Shown here in pieces: positions 27,306 to 35,077 of a stretch of 64,000 nucleotides of DNA (positions are counted from its first letter, which is position 1; each line of letters starts with the position of its first letter). The stretch comes from an uncultured Christensenellaceae bacterium (lineage in GTDB: Bacteria; Bacillota; Clostridia; Christensenellales; SZUA-584): positions 69,062-133,061 of the forward strand of contig CAZPHS010000003.1 in NCBI GenBank assembly GCA_964586785.1, in the 5' to 3' direction. The notes under the pieces were generated by a model. That model made no database searches and was not told the DNA's origin. It saw nothing but the letters and a program-made list of their open reading frames with translations. Position numbers and translations under genes: made by a program.

Positions 27306-27749
27306 TTATATTGTATTTTCAAGGCACTTCTTGCAAACGCCTTTAAAATATACGTTCTTATCATCAATTCGAAAGTCGTCCAAATCGTTGGAAGCCAACA
27401 AATCGATATTGATACTAAAGTCGTATATTGTTCCGCACGATTCACATTTAAAATGTCCGTGGGTTTCCGTAACAATATCGTATCTGGTTTCGTTGTCTTC
27501 TATAGCAATCACATTAACCAAGCCCGTTTCCGCTAACATTTTTAAAGTGTTATAGACTGTCGTTTTTGAAAGCGTAGGCATATCTTGCAAAAGGTCGGTA
27601 AAGATATGGTCTACCGTCGGGTGGCATCGGTTCTTTGTAAGGTATTCTAAAACCTTCAGCCTTTGATGCGACAGATTTATGTTTTTCAGCTTTAATTCTT
27701 GTTTAGCTTTTTCCAATAAAGGGTTTATAATCTCACCGCCTATACTCAA
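27306..27749 (-). CDS. perR: Fur-family regulator, PerR-like (start uncertain: TTG 27749 or TTG 27716)
   Basis: Winged-helix NLSHQRLKVLEYL, metal sites HGHFKCESCG and CKKC. It is the first gene of a rubredoxin/rubrerythrin operon. The ORF-track start at 27845 lies upstream of the promoter, so it is not used. TTG 27716 gives a homologue-like N-terminal length. Confidence 0.75.
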   Translation of the reverse strand: MSIGGEIINPLLEKAKQELKLKNINLSHQRLKVLEYLTKNRCHPTVDHIFTDLLQDMPTLSKTTVYNTLKMLAETGLVNVIAIEDNETRYDIVTETHGHFKCESCGTIYDFSINIDLLASNDLDDFRIDDKNVYFKGVCKKCLENTI

Positions 27750-27771
27750 CGAAGGAGTAACCGTTACAAAC

Positions 27772-27820
27772 CAGTAATCATTATATTTTATATTATAGAC
27801 TATGCAAATTATAAATGCAA
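27772..27820 (-). promoter_or_regulatory. perR operon promoter with a candidate Fur/PerR box
   Basis: Minus strand reads TTGCAT (27815..27820), 17 nt, TATAAT (27792..27797). The 7-1-7 element CAGTAAT-C-ATTATAT (27772..27786, core TAATCATTA) sits at the predicted transcription start. Confidence 0.55.
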
Positions 27821-27932
27821 CAGCAGTCTTTATAACAAAATTCAAATAAATTTAATTCAGCGGCTTATTGTTTAAAAGCGGGCGGTATAGTATATTTATA
27901 TGCAGCCAAATTACGGGTGCGGGAGGATAGCA

Positions 27933-28658
27933 ATGGAGGCTTACGGCGCGCTCGCCAAAGCGTACGATACGCTTATGTACGATATAGACTATGATAAATG
28001 GGCGGCTTACATTGACAGGCTTATCGGCCGCGCCAACGCTTCTGTTTATGAGGCGGCCTGCGGCTCGGGCAGTATATCGTGCCGCCTTGAAAAAAAGGGG
28101 CATAAGGTTACGGCGGCGGATATATCGCCGGCTATGCTCGAAAAAGCGTCTGAGAAAGCGCGGAGGTTAAGCTGCGATATAACATTTATTTGCCAGGACT
28201 TGAAGGACATAAGCGTGGGCAACAGCGTTGACGCGGTTGTATGCGCGTGCGACGGGCCTAACTATATCGATATGTCCGGTATCCGCTTATTCGCGGACGG
28301 CGCGCACAAGGCGCTTAAAGCAGGCGGCGCTTTGCTCTTTGATATAAGCACCCGCGCGAAGCTTAAAGCGACGGATAAGCAGGTGTATTTCGACGACGGC
28401 GACGACATAACGTGCATATGGCATAATAAATATGATAACGACAGGCATATTTCGACCGTTGACATAGTACTGTTTCTGCGTGAGGGAAGACGGTATAATA
28501 AATACTGTGAAACACACGCTTTGTACGCGCACGATATTATTGAAGTGTCTGAAAGTGTACGGGACGCGGGGTTTGCGCAAGTTGATATTTTTGAGTTTAT
28601 GTCCGAAAAAGTGTGCAGCCCGAATACTAACAGGGCGCAGTTTGTCTGCCGCAAATGA
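27933..28658 (+). CDS. Class I SAM-dependent methyltransferase
   Basis: Motif I VYEAACGSGSIS, plus acidic loop TAADIS. The ATG at 27933 follows GGGAGG. Confidence 0.8.
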   Translation: MEAYGALAKAYDTLMYDIDYDKWAAYIDRLIGRANASVYEAACGSGSISCRLEKKGHKVTAADISPAMLEKASEKARRLSCDITFICQDLKDISVGNSVDAVVCACDGPNYIDMSGIRLFADGAHKALKAGGALLFDISTRAKLKATDKQVYFDDGDDITCIWHNKYDNDRHISTVDIVLFLREGRRYNKYCETHALYAHDIIEVSESVRDAGFAQVDIFEFMSEKVCSPNTNRAQFVCRK

Positions 28659-28705
28659 GTGTCGGGTAAAAATATTTGTGTTATAATTATTTAATCGGAG
28701 GGATA

Positions 28706-30424
28706 ATGAAAAACAACAATAAAAAGCAGAACGGAAATGTACTAAACTTCAACCAACCGGCTGAGTTTTTTATAAAAAAGGCGGAAAAACATATTGACGC
28801 GGGTAATTTGCTCGAGGCGCTTGCGTTTTACAGATGCGTGTTGGGTATGGAGCCTCAAAATGTTGAGTATTTGCTTAACATAGCGCAAATTTACTCTGAA
28901 ATGGGGCTTTACGCCGAATCTAACGACGTACTGCTGAAAATCGCCAAGTACGGTAACACGCCGACAGAATGCCTTTTTGCTCTCGGCTGCAACTACATGG
29001 GTATGAAAAACTATGAACTCGCGGACGAAGCTTTTGAGCAGTATCTGGCAATAGACCCGGAGGGCGAATACGCCGACGACATTGACGAGCTGTTTGACAT
29101 AATAGATGAGGAAGAATATGAGGACGAAGGCGCGCTGCACGATATAAACAGGCGCATGGCGATAGACGAGGCATACGAGGGAAAGCTGTGCCTCGACAAA
29201 GGCGACTATAAAAACGCCATAAAGCATTTAGAGAATGTCGTGGAGAAAGACAATACCCTTTATTCGGCAATGAACAATCTGGCGCTTGCGTACTTTTTTA
29301 ACGGGAAGAAACAGAAAGCCGTAGAGCTTTCCGAAAAAATAATTGTGTCGCAGCCGTTTAACCTTCACGCTTGCTGTAATCTGGCTCTTTTTTATTCCGA
29401 GCTTAACGACCACGCGCGCGCGTCTCAATATTTGAGCAAGCTTGATACGCTTTTAGATATCGCCCCCGAAGACATGCACAAGGTGGCGCTTACGTACTGC
29501 GAACTCGGTTATCATGAAAAAGCGTACAGGTGGTTTCAAAAAATAATGGCGTTCCAGCCGTATGATATAAGAATACTTCATTTTTGCGGCATAGCGGCAC
29601 TTAACTGCGCGCAATACACGGATGGCTTAAGCTGTTTTATTAAAATACTTAAAATAGACCCGCAAAACAGCCTGGCGGTTTATTATAAAACAAAAGCCGA
29701 GGAAGCGAAAAAGAACGGCTGTCACAGAGAACTCGAATACGTATACCAGGTGCAGTTTGATGAGATAAAACGCCGTATTGCCTATTTGAACGAATGCTTA
29801 AAGAAAAGAGACGATAGCGTCTCAAAAAAGCGAAACGGCGATCCGTACTTTTTATCCATTATCTCATGGGGTTTAAATTACGGCGACGAATATATTAAAA
29901 AAATAGTGCTCGAAATACTAAGCATGTTTTCAGATGAAAAGGCCGAGGAAACGATGCGGGATTTTCTTCTTAAAAGCACGGAGAACGACGAAATAAAAAA
30001 CGACGTGTTTATGTATTTGAAACGGATGGGCGCTAAAGAGCCGTATGTAGCCTATATAAAAGGGTCAATAGCGGAGGTCAGGGTGGGCACGGTGTCCGAA
30101 GATGTAAAAAATCTGCCGCAGCCGTACGCCCAGGCGCTGGCGGTATTTTTGAAAAAAGTACGCGACAGATACGAAGATAATTTTCTCTCGTCGGGTGTGG
30201 AGCTGCTTGTTACCATAGCGAAGGAACGCGGCGACAACGGCTCATGGGTTGTAAAACCGCAGGCGCTGGCCGCGGCTCTCGAGCTTTGCGTCAGCGAACT
30301 TATGGAAGACGTGCGCCCGCCGCTGAAAAAAGAGCTGCAAAGGGTATACGAAATATCGCCGACAACTCTCAACAAGTATTATAATATGCTGTTTGAGGAT
30401 ACCGGAGACAGGCGTTTTGATTGA
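28706..30424 (+). CDS. TPR-repeat protein
   Basis: Multiple 34-aa TPR-like repeats (AxxxYxxxLxxxPxN pattern) in the N-terminal 350 aa. The ATG at 28706 follows GGAGGG. Confidence 0.7.
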   Translation: MKNNNKKQNGNVLNFNQPAEFFIKKAEKHIDAGNLLEALAFYRCVLGMEPQNVEYLLNIAQIYSEMGLYAESNDVLLKIAKYGNTPTECLFALGCNYMGMKNYELADEAFEQYLAIDPEGEYADDIDELFDIIDEEEYEDEGALHDINRRMAIDEAYEGKLCLDKGDYKNAIKHLENVVEKDNTLYSAMNNLALAYFFNGKKQKAVELSEKIIVSQPFNLHACCNLALFYSELNDHARASQYLSKLDTLLDIAPEDMHKVALTYCELGYHEKAYRWFQKIMAFQPYDIRILHFCGIAALNCAQYTDGLSCFIKILKIDPQNSLAVYYKTKAEEAKKNGCHRELEYVYQVQFDEIKRRIAYLNECLKKRDDSVSKKRNGDPYFLSIISWGLNYGDEYIKKIVLEILSMFSDEKAEETMRDFLLKSTENDEIKNDVFMYLKRMGAKEPYVAYIKGSIAEVRVGTVSEDVKNLPQPYAQALAVFLKKVRDRYEDNFLSSGVELLVTIAKERGDNGSWVVKPQALAAALELCVSELMEDVRPPLKKELQRVYEISPTTLNKYYNMLFEDTGDRRFD

Positions 30425-31238
30425 TTTTGAGCAAAAATTTAAAGAATATATACAAAGCCGTATTGTTAATCTTAACGAGAGGGAGATTGACATATTGGTG
30501 CCAAAGCTTTATATGAGTTGGCTTGATACGCCGGCGGACTGGCTTGATAGCAAATCGCCCAACGCTTATTTCTCTCAAATGGAAGCGGCGGAGCTTATAA
30601 AAAATTTGGGAGAGTATTTGCTTGCCGGCGTTAACGCGCCCGGTCCGCTGCTTTGCAGCATAGCAGATAGGAATAAGCAAACGTATCCGCTTCTTGTTTC
30701 ATTGCTTATTAATTATGACGGTGAGAGAGAAGACGCGTTAAAATACGCAATAGTACGGTTAATTGAGGAAATGGATTTCAAGCATCCGTATGCGTATTAT
30801 ATTGATGTCATAAAAACGGCGGACGAAGCGAACGACTTTACCGAAATTTGCGCGGAGGAGCTAAAAAACGCGGGACAGCAATACTTTGACGAATCGTTTA
30901 AAGCTTATAAAGAAGTAAACACACCATACGCGGCGGATTGCTTTTTAGACATACTGTGCGATATGCCTTTTGACGAGAGGGTTTACGATTGCGTGCTGGA
31001 ACGCTTTTTATACTGTGAGGACGGAAAAGCGTTTTATGCCAGCCTTCTCGGGAAGCTGGGGGAGGAGAAAGCAATTCCTTATCTTTCGGACGCGCTGCGG
31101 CTTGAAGGTATAAAATACTACGATTATATAGCCGTTAAAAACGCGCTTGAGGCGTTGGGGAGCGAAAACGATATAGAACGGGATTTTTCAGGCGATAAGG
31201 ATTACGAAAAACTTGCGGAATTGGGAGACGACAATTGA
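30393..31238 (+). CDS. Hypothetical protein with C-terminal HEAT/PBS-lyase-like repeat (start ATG 30393 or TTG 30417)
   Basis: LGKLGEEKAIPYLSDAL...ALEALG HEAT-like motif. Overlaps the end of the TPR gene. Confidence 0.55.
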   Translation: MRIPETGVLIDFEQKFKEYIQSRIVNLNEREIDILVPKLYMSWLDTPADWLDSKSPNAYFSQMEAAELIKNLGEYLLAGVNAPGPLLCSIADRNKQTYPLLVSLLINYDGEREDALKYAIVRLIEEMDFKHPYAYYIDVIKTADEANDFTEICAEELKNAGQQYFDESFKAYKEVNTPYAADCFLDILCDMPFDERVYDCVLERFLYCEDGKAFYASLLGKLGEEKAIPYLSDALRLEGIKYYDYIAVKNALEALGSENDIERDFSGDKDYEKLAELGDDN

Positions 31239-31912
31239 CAGTAGGATATGAGGAAGTAAAAAACAGCAAAAAGCTAAGGGAGCTTGTGGAGCAGTCTAAC
31301 AAGGTGCTGGAGGTTATAGGCTATACCGACCACGGCCCGAGGCATACGGGTTATGTGAGCCGTATAGCGGGCGAGATACTGAAAAAGCTTGGTATGCCGC
31401 CGCGGCGTGTCGAGCTTGCGAAAATAGCCGGATGGGTACACGATGTCGGCAACATGATAAACAGAAATTATCACGGTTTTTCCGGCGCGGCTTTGGTTTT
31501 TCCCATACTGTGCGAAATGGGATTTGCCGTTTCCGAAGCGTGCGAGATATGCACGGCTATAGGAATGCACGAGGAGGAAACCGGTATGCCCGTAAGCGAT
31601 ATATCGGCCGCGCTCATTATAGCGGATAAAACAGACGCTCATAAGGCGCGTGTGCGCGGTAACAAAACCGTATCTTACGGTATTCACGACAGGGTTAATT
31701 TCTCTATAAAATCCACAAAGCTGGTTGTCGCGGAAAAAATGATATCAATAGATTACAGCATGAATGATACTGCATCTCCCATGGAATTTTTAAGCATATA
31801 CTTAACCAGAATGCAGATGTGCGAAAAAAGCGCGGCTTTTTTGGGATGCAGCTTCGCGCTTTACATAAACGGGGTTAAGCTTAACAGATGGGAAGACTTA
31901 GATGACGTATAA
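31235..31912 (+). CDS. HD-domain phosphohydrolase
   Basis: H...HD metal motif (GPRHTGYVS..., GWVHDVGN) and a later D (IIADKTDA). 4-nt overlap with the upstream gene. Confidence 0.75.
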   Translation: MTVGYEEVKNSKKLRELVEQSNKVLEVIGYTDHGPRHTGYVSRIAGEILKKLGMPPRRVELAKIAGWVHDVGNMINRNYHGFSGAALVFPILCEMGFAVSEACEICTAIGMHEEETGMPVSDISAALIIADKTDAHKARVRGNKTVSYGIHDRVNFSIKSTKLVVAEKMISIDYSMNDTASPMEFLSIYLTRMQMCEKSAAFLGCSFALYINGVKLNRWEDLDDV

Positions 31913-33002
31913 CTGCTTCGCCTCATGCTCCTTCGGGCTTGAATCAATGACCGCTTTAGAGTTAAGAAAGCTGGGTTTTTTCGGTGTCCGAGCAAGCGAC
32001 GCGCGGGTATATTTTTGCGCGGACGACGCGGGTGTCGCACGAGCTAATTTGTGGCTTAGAACCGCGGACAGGGTTTATATAGAGCTGTCTTCTTTCGAAG
32101 CGTTATCTTTCGAGCAGCTTTTTGAAGGCGTAAGATATACTGCGTGGGAAGAATTTATAACCAAGAACGATATGTTCCCCGTGGACGCGGATTCGGTGGC
32201 AAGCGGGCTTTTCAGCGTATCGGACATACAATCGGTAGGTAAAAAAGCCGTCGCGGAAAGGCTCAAAGCCGCGTATAAGACAAGTATTTTGCCGGAGACG
32301 GGAAAAAGGTACAACATACATCTTAAGCTGCTTAAAAACCAGGTGTCGGCGTGCCTTAACACCAGCGGCGCGGGGCTTAACAGGCGCGGATACCGCAAAG
32401 CGGGCGCGGCGGCTCCTTTGCGCGAAACGCTTGCCGCCGGTATAGTTATGCTGAGCGGATGGAAGGAAGGAGAGATTGCCGACCCTATGTGCGGCTCGGG
32501 AACAATAGCTATAGAAGCCGCTATGATAGGCGAGCGGACGGCGCCCGGGCTGCTCCGGACGTTTGATTCCCTAAACTGGCATTCGTTCGGTGCGGCATAT
32601 AAAAAAGAACGTGACGCGGCGACGCTGCAAAAAACGAATCCGCAGCCCGTATTCGCGTCCGATACAGACAAAAAGGCGGTTAAAATCGCGTTGCTGAACG
32701 CGAAAGCCGCGGGAGTAAAAATAAAAATATATAACGCGGACGTAAAACACTTTTCCAAAAACGGCTGCGTTGTTATTACCAACCCTCCTTACGCCATAAG
32801 GCTTGGGGAAAAAGAAGCTGTACACGCCCTCTACAGGGATATGGGACGCGGTTTGGCGTGCGCGGACAGAAAGTATGTGCTTTCGGCGGATTCGCAGTTT
32901 GAACGGTATTTCGGCAAAAGGGCTGACAAAAAGCGTAAGCTTTATAACGGCAATATAATGTGTACGCTGTACCAATATTTTGCGAATAAAACTTATAAGT
33001 GA
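31902..33002 (+). CDS. THUMP-domain class I SAM-dependent RNA methyltransferase (RlmL/YpsC-like, COG0116-type)
   Basis: N-terminal THUMP-like domain, DPMCGSGTIAIEAA motif I and ITNPPYAIRLG (NPPY) motif IV. Confidence 0.8.
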   Translation: MTYNCFASCSFGLESMTALELRKLGFFGVRASDARVYFCADDAGVARANLWLRTADRVYIELSSFEALSFEQLFEGVRYTAWEEFITKNDMFPVDADSVASGLFSVSDIQSVGKKAVAERLKAAYKTSILPETGKRYNIHLKLLKNQVSACLNTSGAGLNRRGYRKAGAAAPLRETLAAGIVMLSGWKEGEIADPMCGSGTIAIEAAMIGERTAPGLLRTFDSLNWHSFGAAYKKERDAATLQKTNPQPVFASDTDKKAVKIALLNAKAAGVKIKIYNADVKHFSKNGCVVITNPPYAIRLGEKEAVHALYRDMGRGLACADRKYVLSADSQFERYFGKRADKKRKLYNGNIMCTLYQYFANKTYK

Positions 33003-33013
33003 TAGCTATGTAT

Positions 33014-33052
33014 AAAGAGGCGGCAGACTTAAACATCTGCCGCCTCTTTTTA
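33014..33052. terminator. Bidirectional terminator between the convergent methyltransferase and hydA genes
   Basis: Perfect 13-bp stem AAAGAGGCGGCAG / CTGCCGCCTCTTT. Confidence 0.85.
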
Positions 33053-35074
33053 TTTACGGCCGGGCTTTTTCGCGTAGTCGCTCATTACGTCCTTTAGTAT
33101 GTCAACGGTTTCCTGGGAATCGGTAAGCTCCTTCTTTAAGCGGTTTATTTCCGCTTCCAATGCCATCACCTTAACCGATTCGAGTTCGCCGCCTACTCTT
33201 TGCTCCGCGCGTTCAGCCGGATTTTTTTTTTGCGGCTCTTTTGCCCGCTTATCGCTTTCCGTCATAGAACTCACCTCGTCCAAAACATATTGCTCGTCAA
33301 GATATTGATTAAACTTTCCCCGTTTGACGTAACGCGTATGCAGATATTCGTGCGATATATGGCTGTTGGGATGTTCTAAAAAATCCTCATACAGTTTTTT
33401 AATAGACGGGTTCTCGTGCGATTTGCGGAAAGCTTTCTGCTCGTCTTCTTCATATATGCCCTTAAGCCTTTTATTCCGCACATCCGGGTCGGAAGACCTC
33501 GGCTGGCCGCCTCCCATAATACACCCGCCCGGGCATCCCATTACTTCGATGAAGTGGTATGGGGATTGTCCGGCCTTTATCTGCTCCATAAGCGCTTTCG
33601 CGCCGGCAAGCCCGCTTGTAACGGCCACTTTAACCGCAACGCCGTCAAGAAATTTATACTCCGGCAGAGGGTCGTCTATTACCAGCTCGGCGGTTTTAAT
33701 CTGCTCAAAGCCTATAATGGGGGAGACGTGCAGCCCTTCGAAGGGAATCTCGCGCCCCGTTACAATTTCATACACCGTGCGAAGCGCCGCTTCCATAACG
33801 CCTCCGGTAACGCCGAATATATCGGCGGCGCCGGTGGACATACCGAGGGGATTGTCAAATTCGCGGTCGGTCAAAGACGGAAAATCTATTCCCGCTTCCC
33901 GTATCATCTGCCCAAGCTCACGTGTGGTAAGCACGGCGTCAACATTGGGAACGCCGTTGTTGCGCATCTCTTTTCTTGAAACCTCGAACTTCTTGGCGGT
34001 GCAAGGCATAACTGACACCACATACATATCGTTGGGGTCTATGCCTATTTTTTCGGCGTAAAATGATTTGGCAAGCGCCCCGAGCATTGTATGGGGAGAT
34101 TTGCACGTTGACAAATTGGCAAGCTGTTCGGGGAAGGTATGCTCTATGTACTTAATCCAGCCGGGGCTGCACGATGTAATCATGGGCAAAACGGCCTCGC
34201 CGCCCGTCAGAGCTTTTTTAACTCTTGTTAAAAATTCGGTGCCTTCTTCTATAATGGTTAAATCGGCGGTAAAATCGGTGTCGAATATATCGTCGAAACC
34301 GAGAGTGGAAAGCGCCCGTGCTAATTTACCCGTTACGCGCGCTCCGGGCTGATATCCGAACTCTTCGCCTATAGCCACGCGGATTGCCGGGGCGACCTGC
34401 ACAACGGTTCGTTTGCTTTTGTCGCTTATGGCGTTCCACACCGGCTTTATGGCGTCGGTTTCCTTAAGAGCCCCCACGGGGCAAACAACCGTACACTGCC
34501 CGCAGAACACGCAGTTGACGGTTCCAAGCGAAAGGTCCATAGCGGGGCCTATAACCGTTTCAAAGCCCCTGTTCTGCGCGTTCAGCACGCCCGTTCCCTG
34601 AATTTCGTTACATACGGTAACGCAGCGCCTGCACAAAACGCATTTGGACATATTACGCGTTATGGCGACGGACGACTCGTTTATGCATTCGCTGTGCTCG
34701 CCCTCAAAGCGCGATTCCTGCACGCCGAGCGTTTTGCCAAGCTCCTGCAGTTCGCAGCTTTGGTTGCGCGTGCAGCTTAAGCAATCCTTATCGTGATCGG
34801 ATAAAAGCAGCTCGTAAAGCACCCGCCTGGCATTGCGCACCTTTTTGGTGTTGGTATCAACTACCATGCCCTCGGTTACCTTGGCCAGGCAGGAAGCCTG
34901 AAGCGTTTTAGCGCCTTGCACCTCAACAACGCATATCCTGCAGGAACCGAACTTATGTATGCCGCCGTAATGGCAAAGACCGGGTATGTTGATGCCGACG
35001 GACTTCGCCGCGTCCATTATTGTTGTATCTTTAGGGACTGTTACCGGCTGCCCGTTTATAGTTAAGCTGACCAT
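33050..35074 (-). CDS. hydA: [FeFe]-hydrogenase catalytic subunit, M3-type domain layout, with variant L1 motif and C-terminal coiled-coil extension
   Basis: N-terminal [2Fe-2S] domain, His-ligated cluster motif HDKDCLSCTRNQSC and 2x[4Fe-4S] (CVLCRRCVTVC, CVFCGQCTVVCP). H-cluster motifs are TSCSPGW (L1; canonical is TSCCPxW), MPCTAKKFE (L2) and EVMGCPGGCIMGGGQP (L3). Confidence 0.9.
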   Translation of the reverse strand: MVSLTINGQPVTVPKDTTIMDAAKSVGINIPGLCHYGGIHKFGSCRICVVEVQGAKTLQASCLAKVTEGMVVDTNTKKVRNARRVLYELLLSDHDKDCLSCTRNQSCELQELGKTLGVQESRFEGEHSECINESSVAITRNMSKCVLCRRCVTVCNEIQGTGVLNAQNRGFETVIGPAMDLSLGTVNCVFCGQCTVVCPVGALKETDAIKPVWNAISDKSKRTVVQVAPAIRVAIGEEFGYQPGARVTGKLARALSTLGFDDIFDTDFTADLTIIEEGTEFLTRVKKALTGGEAVLPMITSCSPGWIKYIEHTFPEQLANLSTCKSPHTMLGALAKSFYAEKIGIDPNDMYVVSVMPCTAKKFEVSRKEMRNNGVPNVDAVLTTRELGQMIREAGIDFPSLTDREFDNPLGMSTGAADIFGVTGGVMEAALRTVYEIVTGREIPFEGLHVSPIIGFEQIKTAELVIDDPLPEYKFLDGVAVKVAVTSGLAGAKALMEQIKAGQSPYHFIEVMGCPGGCIMGGGQPRSSDPDVRNKRLKGIYEEDEQKAFRKSHENPSIKKLYEDFLEHPNSHISHEYLHTRYVKRGKFNQYLDEQYVLDEVSSMTESDKRAKEPQKKNPAERAEQRVGGELESVKVMALEAEINRLKKELTDSQETVDILKDVMSDYAKKPGRK

Positions 35075-35077
35075 CGA

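Noticed and set aside
27750-27845. N-terminal 32-44 residues of the ORF-track PerR model (hydrophobic MNFVIKTAVAFIICIV...)
   Set aside because: That start is a TTG lying upstream of the TTGCAT-17-TATAAT promoter. The extension is the translation of AT-rich promoter DNA, and Fur-family proteins lack such a segment.
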